Origin: Eledone cirrhosa
Taxonomy: Eukaryota
Assembly (NCBI GenBank): GCA_964016885.1
Contig: OZ024741.1
Location: forward strand, 321,098,001 to 321,162,000
Reading direction: 5' to 3'
DNA: 64,000 nucleotides
Positions 46,174 to 60,073 of this stretch are shown here, piece by piece. Numbering within the stretch: the stretch's first letter is position 1; each line of letters starts with the position of its first letter. The notes beneath the pieces are model-generated. The model was not told the origin of the DNA, did not search any database, and saw only the letters and a list, made by a program, of their open reading frames with translations. The position numbers and the translations under genes were made by a program.

Positions 46174-49100
46174 CCAGTATTCAAAAGATAGTTTCAAATC
46201 TGCTTTCATGTGCAGTTATACTATTTAGCAGACGAGCTTCTGTGTGGTCTCCCTACATGCTAGAAATAATAGCCAAATGTTTCATATACTATACCGTTTT
46301 CAAAATGAGGGATACATTGAATAATGTGGTTCTAAATATATTTTTTGCGAAGAAATACGGAATGATCACAGCTGGAACACCTTTGATAACAGCTTTACTT
46401 GTGGGAATAAATAACAATTGTCCTACGGGTGAAATGAATGTGTAAACGAATAAATATTCTTCATGCCTTTAATAGGATTCTCGAGGCAAATCAACGTGCA
46501 CAATGTGACAAACATGGATCTTTTGAATTAATGTTCAATCAAGATATATAGAGAGGAGAATCGACCACAGTAAAAATTGATGTTTAATTTATCGACTCCG
46601 AAACGATGAAAGGCAAAGTTTACCTTGGCAGGATTTATTTCAAAGTCCTAGAGATTCTGTCATTTCGTCGATTTTTGAGCAACTATGATATTTATGTATA
46701 TATTCCTAGTCAGTATTTCAACCTATTTTGTACAACTAATTATATCTACTTATAATGGTGATATTTGAATATTTTCTACTACAATAATATCTCCATATAT
46801 GGTGAGTATTTGAATGTATGGTATGGTCTCATAACTCCTGATAGAGTCGTAGTGGCGCCGTATTGACATACGGCGTTTCTAGAGCATTTTCAGCCTGGCG
46901 GAGTCCATCCCTCTCCAGGCCTATGAATGCACTTTGAAATAAATACGATATCTACATACGTAGTTAATATTTAAATACATTTTTACTACTACGATATCCT
47001 CAGTTTTGTAATACAATTTCACAAATCTATAGTTGTTAATACTTTTAAGACATCGTGTTGTTATAAAATTCCATAGAATCCAATCTGTAAAACTAGAGTT
47101 TAGCCTCATATTGGAAAGACGGAGTTTATTTATCTTATATTCCAGTGAAAATAAGTTATTACAAGTGAGAGGTGTCAACTAACCCATGTATGATATTAAG
47201 ATAAATGACTTAGAATCGTTTTATACTATACCATTCCTTGTGGTAGGATGATGAAATTCATCAAGGGATTTAGATAAAGTTAGGGATGTTATTTAATGAA
47301 GACGAATGGAGATTCTTTAAAAGCCCATGAACACTAGAGACAAAGGAAAATATATTGCCATGACAAAATATTGTGATTGGGGAATATAGATTCACGTCCA
47401 GTGCCCACACACGAACACATACATATATACAATCTATATGACTATTTTGTACCTGATTGTGGATGGCTAAGTTGATTAGATAGGCAAGAAACAGCCTGTT
47501 GTTCCTCTCTCTCTCTCTCTCTCTCCCTCCCTCTCTTTGTGTGTGTGCGTGGGAGAGAGAGAGAATGAGAATTTGGATATAAACGAGAGAAAAATTAATC
47601 ACTACCTGAAAAAGATATCGAAGATATCGGACACAGGGATTGTTTGAGGAAGTGCGATTTGTTTCATATATCTTTCCCTTCCTAGAATATGGAATATAAG
47701 ATAAACAAACCAATGCATTTTCATTTATAACAACATTTTTTTCTTTTATATTTTAATACTATCACATTAATCGAAGCAAGAGGGGAAATAAATATTCCAT
47801 TTTATATTTATGTTGTTTTCGGTGAGACGAATAGCAAGGTAAGACGCGCTGATCGAGCAAGAAAGATGTTTGTTGAAAGCCGGGAATTGAGGTGAAATAA
47901 TCTTCTCATATGGTTTCCCCTTCCTGCTTTTCGTCTTCCTCCTTATGAAATATATATATATATCATTACTGAGCCATTATCAACATTTCGCCTTCCTCAG
48001 AGAACTCTCCTTGTAATGTATATATTTCCTAAGTACGTCACAACAATTTATATTTAACTTACCAGTATCCACTCCAAACACACATGCATACATACACTCG
48101 TGTACGTGAAAGAAGTTATTAGTGATAAAGAATTGGAGGTGTGGGCAGAGACGCAGCGCAAATATAAACAAATATATCGATGGAAAATCAACTTCTATCA
48201 TTTATTCCTTTACACATGTTTCGAAGGAACAATTATTTGTAATGTTACGAAACATTTCGCATAATCTGTGTCCATAATCATATACTCCTCTTCGGAGGGG
48301 TGCTAACAGTTTCAAAATTAATGGGAATATAAGTGAAATATCAATTCTGCCTTAGGCAGGAATGATGAACCCACGGCATGCATCATTAGTACGTGGGGTT
48401 TCCGTGACAACATTTTACTAATTTTAAATAGATAAAAAAATAAATAGAAAAGTTTATTCAAAATTAAAAGGAACAACCCTTATTTTACTTCTAGTAAGGG
48501 GAGATAATTCATGAAATAATTTCCATTTCTTTATTCTGGGTTTAAGTAGACCAATATAAAATGAATAGCATTTATCAACTAATAAAAGCATGTATATGAG
48601 GAGACACATTCATACACACACACAGAAATACATATACTCATATAGGCTCGTAGGCGTTCCTAGATATGAGTACACACACATCTACTTACGTAGATTCACA
48701 CACTTGTATAGATGCATATTTTAATACACACGCACACCTACATACCTATATTACTCACAGATGCATATGAAGACAATAATAAAAAATATTTACTTAAACC
48801 TAATGCCAGTGCATATATAAATATATATACGTGCATATATTGATATAGTACAAGTTAATTATGACTGATGCATTGTAGGTTAATATTCGTCTCTAAAAGC
48901 TTTTACCGTCCTTTAAGTTTCAATAAACCGTTATCTTGAATTATCCTATTTCCTGTCATGCGCATTTACAATACAATGGAACTGAAGTGGGTCTGAGTAA
49001 GGCTAGATATATATCTCACGTTCCACTCACATGATCTAAAACCAGGCCTCATGGTACGATGTACTTCACCTCATTTTTTTTTCATTAAACATAAAAACAA

Positions 49101-49189
49101 ATTTTAAACAAAATTCTCGTGTTAATGGAGAAACACCTTCTCCTACAGCGCTTCTCTAAACGGGAAAAACATAATCACACAATAACCAG

Positions 49190-49384
49190 CAGATCTGTCA
49201 ACTCTCCTCCGTCGGACGGGGAGATCTCCCACCCACTTTGGGGTGGGTGAGAGATGTCTTCTCTTGTGAAAATGGGTATAGATTTCATTATGTAAAATCT
49301 CCCCATTTTGCCTAATTTATCCCTGTTTTGGGCTTTTTTTTCCGTGGTACTCCCCGTTTGGGTTTTTAGAGGTTGGCAGGCCTG
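49190..49384. mobile_element. Second, oppositely oriented copy of the same MITE
   Basis: Reverse-complement homolog of 45980-46173. Flanks AACCAG / AACCTG. Confidence 0.8.
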
Positions 49385-50029
49385 AACCTGTTAGAGCGAT
49401 ACTTGATTCTCACTTATGTAGGAATTAGAAGACATGTCAACTTAACAAAACTTGAGCAATCTAGCGATATAAAAGACTGAAACGAATAGAAAGATTCGGG
49501 ATTTTTAAATTTGCAGTCAAACTGATATGCATAAAACTTATGCATATCTTTTTATTTTTTTACTAATTAATGTATTACCTGCTGGTGATTGTAAAAATAC
49601 ACACACACACATACGCATACACATACACATACGCATGCACACACATACGCGCACACACTCATGTACACACACACACATATATATAGATATAGATATATAT
49701 GTAAGTGTGTGTATGTATGTATTTATGTGTGTATGTATGTATATATACAACTATATATGTGAGTATATTGCAAGGAGAGCTTGCATGTAGAATGTACGAA
49801 CTTATAAGTATATTTATACTTTCGGTCTAAAAAATAGTATGGTATATAGTGTCCTTTTATGTTCCGTAACGTAGCGGCTCGACAAATGGCGATCAATAAG
49901 AGTTAAAATACTCGACAGCGATACTCTAGTGTGGCGGCAGTCCAATGACAGGTCAGTAAAAGAATATTCTGACTTTAAGATTAGAAATATGTCATTTTCA
50001 TTTTCGACCGAGATTGCCACTGCCAAACA

Positions 50030-53000
50030 GGAGATGGTTATTTCTGGCTGCAAATCTACAGCCCTGGCCGAGATAACTGGTAAGTAGAATAAGTTCCTCG
50101 TTCCTCGGTGATATTGTGAAATACATCTCCTTGGCATCTGTTGAGAAACTTAGGTCTGCAAGGCCATTTTTATTTTCGGGTGCTGTTTCAAATCTTCCCC
50201 TTTTAGGATTAATGTTTTAAAACTTCTTGGAGCACTTGCAAAAGAGCTACCTTTTTCAGCTTTCTGCTGTACACTCTGCTGCTATTTTTACTACCACTAC
50301 CCTGGTAGTAGGGATGGTGTTGATGTTGGTGTTGCTGTCACTGCTCCTACCATTGTTTTAGTTGTTGTTGTTGAAGTGGCATCACAAACAGAGTGTGAAA
50401 GAGCACTGAGAGACATTATACTTGACATAGAGCATATATCTAGAGCTGGTAATTCAGGGCTCTTAAAAAGCAAAGCTATGGCCACCTAGCACTTTGTAAT
50501 CCCCGTTCGGACAGACCTATTTGTGTTATACCAATCGTGCATTGAAAGAAGAACGGTAAGCGTCAGAATCACCGGTGTCACACCAGGATTGTATATCTGG
50601 TGTATCCTGGCCTGTGTGATCCGGGGAGGTACCGATACCCTCTTAGAAATCAGGCACACCTAAGGGAACACTGAGAGGGATATGTTTGAAGATTCTCCTC
50701 AACATGGGACCCAAAGAAATAGAAAATATCCCTGACCTTATTCACCTTATGGATTACGTGACTCTAAATATGGTCGTTGAAGACAATAAGCCACGTTGTC
50801 ATTTGTTCTAGAAATTAGCCACATGAGGCGTTTTTGCCCTCAACAGAAAGCGGGAAACCACAGAGCCCCTTGCCACTAATGCCAAGACCCCAACAACAAC
50901 AACAACAAAAAAGCCTAAGAAACAAAAAGAGAGACACAAAAATACGAAAAACACATCCTGCACCATTCCAACACACATTTAGAAAACCAACAAAACACAC
51001 ACACACCAAACTCATCTCCAGCTACAACAACTCCATCACCAACACCACATTCAGAAACACAAACACCACAAACAAAACCACCAACACTACAACAACCACA
51101 ACCAGCAACAAAAACGTACACACACAACAGCAACAAAAGAAACGACGGAACGAAAACTGTTCGACGGACCTGAGTGGCAGAGGCGAAGCATGGCAATAAT
51201 GCCACAATTGGGTCTTTGGCGGACCGAGACGGGTGCATGCGGCTTTTCGGCAACACTTTGCGCGACTGTTCGGAGCGAGCTAGGTGCCCGATACGTTAGC
51301 GAACTACAGTTTGTACCTCAACAGCCTTCCACTTCCCTCGGTAACACATGCAGAGTGCTACAAAAAGCCGATAACAACAATCGAAATACGGAAACCTCTG
51401 GCCGGTTATAGGTGGCGCAAATAGCCCAGTTTGTAAGGTGTGCTCTATGTTTTTTACGTAGATATGACAGACTTATTCTCCTATGTTCTCGAAGCTACCT
51501 ACTGTAAATGGTAGCAGAACGGGAGTATTCCCAGTACTGTAATTCGGGCTATAATAACACTGATGAGGAAAGACGAACACAACGGGGACACTGAATAATT
51601 TCCGGCCCATAACTCTGCTCAACAAATTGTTTAAGATTTTGGACAAGGTGCTATGAATGAGGTTAGCCCGTCATGAGTCTTGTAGGGGAGAGACGTGCGC
51701 ACAACCGACCAAGTCCATACAAGACAACCTCCACTTCATGCTGGTTTCGGTGGGGCTCTGATCAATTTAGATTAATCAAAAGCTTTCGATAGGGTCGACC
51801 ATCAGTACGTGGAAGTTGACCTCAAGCAGCCGCCTTTGGGTCCCGTCTATACAGGCTAAATCGCTGCAATGCACACCAGCATCTCTCCTCCCTTCTGCAC
51901 GTGCTGACTCTTGAGCCACTACTGCGGAAGCTAGAGCTGTTGAAGAGTATCCTGCCTGAAATGGGACATGGAATGACTGCGTCGGCTTATGCGGGTGACG
52001 TCACCATGATTGTGTCGAAGTCTTCGATAATCGAGGAATATGAAACGTTGACGAGAGCAAAGTTCAACCCAGAAAAGTCGGTGAGTTTGCTACTCGGCAT
52101 CTCATGAGGCAAAGCCATGTCATTCAACAGCGTCGTCTGGTACTAAACGGATGGACTGATGAAGTGCTTGGTGTTACGTTTAGGCCAGACCTGCATGTGA
52201 ATAACAACTGGGAAGAGGTGACAAGCAGGATGGCCACTCTCACTCAGAAATTGGCCGAGAAATATTTATCCTTGAACAATCAGACTGAGATGGTGAACGC
52301 GTACATTGCGTCCATTATCTATTACCGCCTGACCGATATGCGCCTCACTAATTTGGAGCGCTTGCTCTTCAACTCTGCGTAAAAGGAACAGGTTCCACTG
52401 GTGAGGTCATCCATCTTCTGTCAACATCCTCAACGTGGAGAGCTTGGCATGCCGTGGCTGATGATACCCAAACATGCGTTGAGACTACGGCATCTCTAGA
52501 TATTTCTAAACGGTGAACAGGTTTGGTCGCTGTTTGAAAGACAGAGCTTTCCGCAGCTCGTTTCTTTGTTTGAGCTGCAGTCATGGGTCAAGCGAAGGCA
52601 GAGACTGGGCCCCTGGCATCTGGAATGTTGTTATGTGCTCACAGCCCTCCAACAGTCGAGCCATGCGGACAGTGGAAATTGTGTTCTAGCGTTCTGTAGC
52701 AGACTAATTGTGAGCGAGTGCAACGACGATATAGGAGAGACTCTGGACGTCGACGAAATCGAACTAACCAGTCTGTTCTGGAGAAATTTCGAGCCAGAGA
52801 CAATGAATAACTTTCAGAAATCCCTTGCTTGGCAGTGCTACCAGTGGGCTCTGCAGGTTCGAGATAAACTCTACAGTCGTGGAAGGCGGTAAGGTGGCCC
52901 GGTCTAAGAAGCGCGTAGAGCGACGAAATCGTCCTGCTCACACTCATCCAGTGTCCGTGTATTACTGACTTGTAGAGTTATGTCGAAGAGCTGTGGTCGC

Positions 53001-53570
53001 ATGTACGGTGGATCCGACTATCGACCGATTCCATCGTGAAGATCGCCTCTCCGCCTTCTATTGGCCGGGAATGACAGGCAGTTTTCCTCTGTCTGGTGAC
53101 TATAGTGAAAGAGGTTGTGTTGTGCATGAGACTAAAAGGACTGAAGACACTTTTCTCTTCGACCAATCCCTCAACCTTTTCAAGTTTCACTTGGAAAGGA
53201 AGGTAAGGGTGGAGAGGGAAGTGCTACCCTCTCAGTTCATTTGCTAAAAGGTGGGTGAACGTTGCGAGGATAGCCCGTGTGGATAGGTCTACTCAGACCA
53301 TGCGCCTGTAGGCTGGCTGATTCCGAGAGAAGAGGGGCAGCCGCTTAGAGTGTTCATAGGGCATCGGGTAGTTAAGGATTTGCGGGGTTCCTGAGTCGCT
53401 CCTGGGAGGTACCCATCCCCTATTGGGGAATTGGGGAAATTTCGCTGTTTAATCGTCTTGTTATTTGTTATTTGTTAAATATTTTTTACACGATATGTAA
53501 ATCCCCACTCTCCCTATTTTTGTATTGTCTTCTATATGTCGGCCCTTGTGGCCAATAAATGAAATCATTA
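50030..53570 (+). mobile_element. Old degenerate Tx1 copy with deletions
   Basis: RT and zinc-finger remnants (LTLEPLLRKLE, WEEVTSR, FQKSLAWQCY), ORF1 remnants and the family 3' end before (AGT)n. An ORF1-like piece at 50030-50480 is on the minus strand. Confidence 0.8.
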
Positions 53571-53573
53571 TTT

Positions 53574-53610
<37 letters not shown>

Positions 53611-55744
53611 TGTTGTTGTTGTTGTTGTCGACGTCGTCGTTGTTGTTGTGGCTGTTTATTTTTATTCCCATTTTGCAAAGTTAATCTGAATTTTACTGCA
53701 GAAAATTAAAATTATTTATGACTTAGTCACTTAAATGTAAGTTTTTAATAGTCAAGTCCTCATAACATATTGTATCATTGGGGTACACACTGTACTAATT
53801 AGTAACAGTCCTGTCATAACACGATTTATAATAGAGCTGCGTAAAATGGCATGTACGATATGTTTGTGTATAATAAACATACATAAGTCAGCTATGAATA
53901 CACTTGATCTTATTCTTTTCACAGTACCGAGTGAGTATATATCACTGATGATAGATTAATAACTCCGAAAACACTAGTACATGACATTCTCACACGGTGA
54001 CTGAGATAGATGGGATAAGGTCACGGCTAAATCATAAGTTGTCGACCTCCTCACGGTGGGCCTTGGAAACTGATTTCTGATCTCTGACTTCGATCAGTCT
54101 CATGCGCAAGAAGAAGAAGAAGAAGAAGAAGAAGGCATTATACGTATATTATACGTGAACATATCGTATACAGCCTTCCTCTACAGCTCTATTATCTAGA
54201 GTAAGTTAACTGAACAGAGCTCCCCACATGTTTTCTATATGTACCAACTACAGGAATCTAGTGAAATAGCAGTCAACTATACAATCCTTTCACTGAATCT
54301 ATATTAATAATAGTCAATGTCTCACTACAGAGGAATATCAACACTCTAACAGGTTACTACTGAAGGCTATATGAATAAGGTATGGAAAAACTGGTAGGAA
54401 TATCGAACACCTAATTCATAGATCACTGCATAGAATCCCTTGACTATTTCGCTATGAAAATAGAGACGATGTAGTGGTATATTTGGCTGCCCTAAACAGA
54501 AGTGGTAGATTGAACAGTTGGTGAATTGGACAAAATGCCTTGCTGCGTTTGTTCCAGCTCTTTGTGTTCGTTTTTTTTTTTTGGGGGGGGGGGGGTCATA
54601 AAGTGCCAGTCGAGTCCTGTGGGTTGTCGCAATTGTTAGAGCGTTGGACGAAATATATTGTGGTATTTATTCCGATTCTTGGCTTTCTGAGTTCAAATTC
54701 CGTTGTGATTAGTTGGATAGAAAACTTAAGTCATCACCCTATATAAATACCACCATCTGGTCCTTGGGTTCCTTTAGCGGAAATCACTCTGCTACAAGCA
54801 TCCTGTTCAGGTCTGTTTGGGGCTATCTTCCTGCCATCAGTCTCAGAGACTCCGAAAATGCATCATGGTCACTGCCTTTGACTAAACAGTGAAAAAAGTA
54901 GAACCGAGACTGCAATGTAAATTCTGAAGGCAGCTGCATTATTCTTTTACTGCTTTACTGGTTCCAACCATTTAGAGTCGTTTGAATAGTCGATATATTG
55001 CACTACATGAACGGAGATCGCCTTAGTTAATGAATGGATGAGGATATCACTGAAAAACTGATAAATCATGACACACATACCACAAATATCCTCAAACTCA
55101 TATTATGATATATTGCTCCCGAAAGACAAATACAACAAAGAAAAACCTCCTTATCAACATGAAAGGAAAACTAGCAAACCATAGAATGTGCTTCAGATGT
55201 GTTACATACAAATTTCGATGTAAACATAAAACTTTTAAACTTTATGAGTCAAATTCTTACCTTCGACACATACTTACGAAACTTTATCATCAGTGAACCA
55301 TGAATTTTCGATAGATTGCAACATATTACAGTGCAGTATATTCCATAAAAATAGAAAAGGATTTCTTCACAACACTATAATTTTCTATAGAATTCCAAAA
55401 CAGTGAAGGTAAGTATATATGGAATATTTACCAATGCAAACCAAAACTAAGCACACAGTTAAAGCAAACGTAAAATTAACTTTAAAATATATCAGAACTT
55501 AACTATTAAATTCTTTTTAATGCGGCGTTAAATATTTTACCAATATCTCCATGATCTTTTGAGACATAATTCAAAGCGTACGTGCAACACGCCATAATTT
55601 ACATCATCTGTATTCCGAGAAGGTCTCGAGCCGGTAATAAATTAATTGATTTAGTAAAATTATTCTTCCAAACCCTTCACAAATAAAGAAAAATAAAGAA
55701 AAGAGAAAAATCATAAAGAAAAGTAATCAAACTTGAACACAGAC

Positions 55745-55780
<36 letters not shown>

Positions 55781-56216
55781 CGTTGGTGCTCATTATTCGG
55801 TAACTGTTTCACGGCTGTGCTTGTCGATCAATTTTCATTTGTGAACACAGGTTTTAGCACTCTACGTAGTATAGTTTTAAATACACGGCGCTTTTGTATA
55901 AAAATGAAGAATAAAGCAGTACTCTGAAATCTTATAACATTTTATTAATTATGTCATTGTTTTTATGCGCATTTCAATGGCATCAATTATGCAATTGATA
56001 TAATCTCGTCTCGCCATTATGTAATTAAGCCTACAGCGATGCGTTCAGGCGAATATTTTCGATGTTATCATCTCAAGCCCAGCAAATATATTTGCCATTG
56101 AAATGCGCATAATTGTAATGACGTATTTAACAAAATGATACAAGATTCCAGAATAGTGCACTGCTCTATTATTCATTCTTATATATCATATATATATTTA
56201 TACATATATATATATA

Positions 56217-56321
<105 letters not shown>

Positions 56322-56650
56322 TTGACTAGACTATAAAAAAGAGAGAAGGAAAAGAGCACTTGATCATATAAGCTGAATGATATAATTTATTAGAAGCTAT
56401 GTTTTTACAAGTCGTAGCTGCGAGTTTCTTGTAACCATTCATTATTTATGCCACATAATCCATTAACAGCATACTTCAAATATTCTGTACACACTTTTAA
56501 TTATTAAATTTCATTTTTGATAATTAACCGATGAGCGGCAACAGGAAACTCGGTGTAACAAGTATCCAGTAAATTACAACTACTTATATATATATATGTA
56601 TATATATCAATGATATTAATAAATGGAAACTATATTTATAAAACCCTATT

Positions 56651-56711
56651 TATTCTATTATATATATTTCAAGGGTACCAAAACTTTGGTACGCTCTCAT
56701 CAGATAAAATA
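56651..56711 (-). ncRNA. Hammerhead ribozyme (TATATA family)
   Basis: TATTTTAT-CTGATGA-GAGCGTACCAAA gt TTTGGTACCCTT-GAAA-TATATA-TA-ATAGAATA. Confidence 0.75.
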
Positions 56712-56819
56712 CAAAGTTTGTTTTATAAATAGTGACATACCCAGGAATCAGACCTTAACAGTTCAAGTTCCGTTAAGGTCTGATTCCTGGGTATGTCACT
56801 ATTTATAAAACAAACTGTG

Positions 56820-56879
56820 TATTTTATCTGATGAGAGCGTCCAAAGTTTTGGTACCCTTGAAATATATATAATAGAATA
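56820..56879 (+). ncRNA. Hammerhead ribozyme (TATATA family), mirror copy
   Basis: Same motif with a 1-nt deletion in stem II. Confidence 0.72.
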
Positions 56880-57008
56880 AATATGGTTTTATAAATATAG
56901 TTTCCATTTATTAATATCATTGATATTATAGTCCAGAAAATTTGTCGAGTGCTTCGAATCTGTTATAAATATATTTGTTGAATTACCAACAAATTAAATA
57001 TCCCTTTG

Positions 57009-57077
<69 letters not shown>

Positions 57078-57170
57078 GTAATAATAATAAATGTGAACAC
57101 TAAAATCCGAAGAGGGCTCGATAAGGATAAATATATATCAAATATATAAGAACCCTAGTTTAATCTGTTA

Positions 57171-57219
<49 letters not shown>

Positions 57220-57230
57220 GTGTGTGTATA

Positions 57231-57269
<39 letters not shown>

Positions 57270-57280
57270 GTGTGTGTATA

Positions 57281-57396
<116 letters not shown>

Positions 57397-57959
57397 CGTG
57401 TGTGTGTGTGTGTGTATACGGTCTTTTGAAAAAATTTGATATCGGGCCCTGTTCCCAAAGTTATCACATTAAAATATATATCAATGTTATAATGTTGAAA
57501 AATTATGAGTAATAAATCTCATGTTGGTCACCATTAAACCTGCCCAGTCTTGTTGTCCGAGACTTTACAGTTTCTGAGATATTTACATCTCAAGTGATAT
57601 CAATTTTTTAACGCTCTATGTAGTTAAGGTTTTCGTCGGGCAATCACACATTTCTGGTTTAATCTGATTGCATAGCACCCTGGGTATGTGTCTTCTACTA
57701 TAGCCTCAAGTTGTCCAATGACTTAAATATACATATGTATATGTGTGTCTTTGTTTGTATTTCTGACTGTATCTCTCTTTATATTCCACACCTTAGCGGG
57801 CCAAAAAAGAGAAAGCAATTCAAGTTCCAGTCTAGAAAATAAGTACTTAGGGTCGTTAGGATCAAGTAAATATAAGACGGTGCACCAGCATGGTCGCAGT
57901 CTAATGATTGAAACTAGCAAAGGAATATACATATATGTACACACACACACACATATATA

Positions 57960-58047
<88 letters not shown>

Positions 58048-58207
58048 CGAAGGAAATGTGGTAAGGAACCAGGTGGACCATAACGCACCAAAGTACTCAA
58101 TACTTAGGGTAGTAGAGTGGGTAATAGGAACGAGTAGGACCCCGACGGCTGAGCTCAAGCCCTTTCGACGGCTAATTCCGGAATTAGCCGTCGGGGTCCT
58201 ACTCGTT

Positions 58208-58295
<88 letters not shown>

Positions 58296-58443
58296 TGTGT
58301 GTGTGTGTGTGGTAAACAGAAAAAAGCGGGGCGGTTATATCCGTAACAGATAGAGCACTCAGTCAAAAGGACAAATTCTATATAGAGTTAGTTCCACATC
58401 AAATTAGCAAACCGTACTCGAAGACGCACGTTTCACTGGACGG

Positions 58444-58537
<94 letters not shown>

Positions 58538-58558
58538 GCATATATATATATATATGTA

Positions 58559-58612
<54 letters not shown>

Positions 58613-59077
58613 TATAAATATAATTTTTGGTATGTTTAACTATAACGTATTTAACTATATGCTCTGCTATTTTCGCCAACTCACTACCGTAACAAAAAGT
58701 AGAAATTAAAGACAAACAAATATTTTGAAATAGACTAATTTGTTGTTTTTTTGTTATTTTTTCTTTTTGTTCTCTTTTCAAGACATATACAATACATTAG
58801 AATAAGTTTGTGCAATTTGAAGAAAATTACATTGAAAAATGTCCTTTCGAAGATCACAGAAGAGCTTTGCATGCGAGAGACTATGGCATTAGAAAGCCAT
58901 GTTGAAAGAAGACGTGTCTTCCTTTTAATAAAATGTACAGTTTAAAATAAATTATTTTCAAAGTTTCTTCGTGGATTTAGTTTCTTTCTTTTTATAAAAT
59001 ATGAAATATATTTGAATAAATAAAAACTTACAATAATTAATATTTGAAACAATTAATTAAACATTTAAAAAGAAAGT

Positions 59078-60073
59078 TCATGAAACAGAACAAGTAAGAA
59101 GTTTTTTAAAAGCCAGACGGAAGTCCTTGTTCATTAACGCATATATAACAGGATTCATACAACTGTTACCATAACCAAGCCAGGTAATAACCGATATTGC
59201 CATCGGAGATATTTCACATTCAGAACAAAAGGGCATAATTATATACATTAGAAAAAACGGTAACCAAGAGACAATAAACACTCCCATAATTATTCCGAGG
59301 GTCCTCAGTGCTTTTCTATCACTCGCTGTCGATTCATATTTTTCTGCTCCTCCACCACCGGTATAACTGTGCCTGGGAATGCTTTTTTTTATAGCGTTCG
59401 CCTGTATTTTAGCGATTCTTAAAATGGCTGCGTATGAAAATACCATGACGATAAATGGAATATAAAAAGATGTCATTGCAGAAAGTACAGCGTAAATTTT
59501 ATTAACTGTCAAATCACATTTGCCTGTGTCTGTGTAAAGTGTCTCTGGATCGTCTGTGAACCAACCTAAATAGAACGGAATAAACGATATGCAAACGCTG
59601 CAGAACCAGACAGTTATGATCATGCAAGCTACTCTTCCTTTAGACATTTTCATAGTGTAGGCAAAAGGCTTAGTGATTGCCCAGTAGCGGTCTAGAGAAA
59701 TACAACATAAATGTAAGATAGATGCCGTACAACACATGACGTCACAAGAACGCCAAAAGTAACAAAACACCCAGCCAAACCACCATTCTCCACCGGTAAG
59801 GTCGTAGATTAAAGACAGTGGTAACACTAAAATGGCGACTGTCACATCAGCGAAGGCCAAGCTGCACACAAAATAGTTCGTTGGTATTTGTAGACGTTGA
59901 AATTTTAAAACAGCAGTGAGCACTAATAGGTTGCCCACAAGTGTGATGATAGCTATTATGCCGTAGGTGATGCCAAAGGTAATCTGTAGAGATAGAGATA
60001 TCTGCTTTCCTATAATAGATGCATTGTGAAACGGTGTTGTATCCGGAAGTGGCGTTTCCATGACGCCATACAT
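59078..60073 (-). CDS. Intronless class A biogenic-amine GPCR, octopamine beta receptor / D1-like group
   Basis: 331-aa ORF with 7 hydrophobic helices. Motifs: GNLLV (TM1), SLAFAD (TM2), CDVMCCTASILHLCCISLDRY (D3.32, DRY), SAMTSFYIP (TM5 serines), KALRTLGIIMGVFIVSWLPFFLMY (TM6), NPVIY (TM7), helix 8 and a terminal Cys. Confidence 0.93.
   Translation of the reverse strand: MYGVMETPLPDTTPFHNASIIGKQISLSLQITFGITYGIIAIITLVGNLLVLTAVLKFQRLQIPTNYFVCSLAFADVTVAILVLPLSLIYDLTGGEWWFGWVFCYFWRSCDVMCCTASILHLCCISLDRYWAITKPFAYTMKMSKGRVACMIITVWFCSVCISFIPFYLGWFTDDPETLYTDTGKCDLTVNKIYAVLSAMTSFYIPFIVMVFSYAAILRIAKIQANAIKKSIPRHSYTGGGGAEKYESTASDRKALRTLGIIMGVFIVSWLPFFLMYIIMPFCSECEISPMAISVITWLGYGNSCMNPVIYALMNKDFRLAFKKLLTCSVS

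Larger units (their letters stand above)
56604..56926. repeat. Palindrome with ~155-bp arms and a 12-nt loop
   Basis: Centre GACCTTAAC-agttcaagttcc-GTTAAGGTC. Confidence 0.95.

Noticed and set aside
53940-53990. CTGATGA...GAAA motif
   Set aside because: Stems II and III pair poorly.
58410-58443. Minus-strand GAAA-CGTGCG-TC half hammerhead
   Set aside because: The 5' core is missing because the sequence is cut off by (TA)n, so it cannot be supported.
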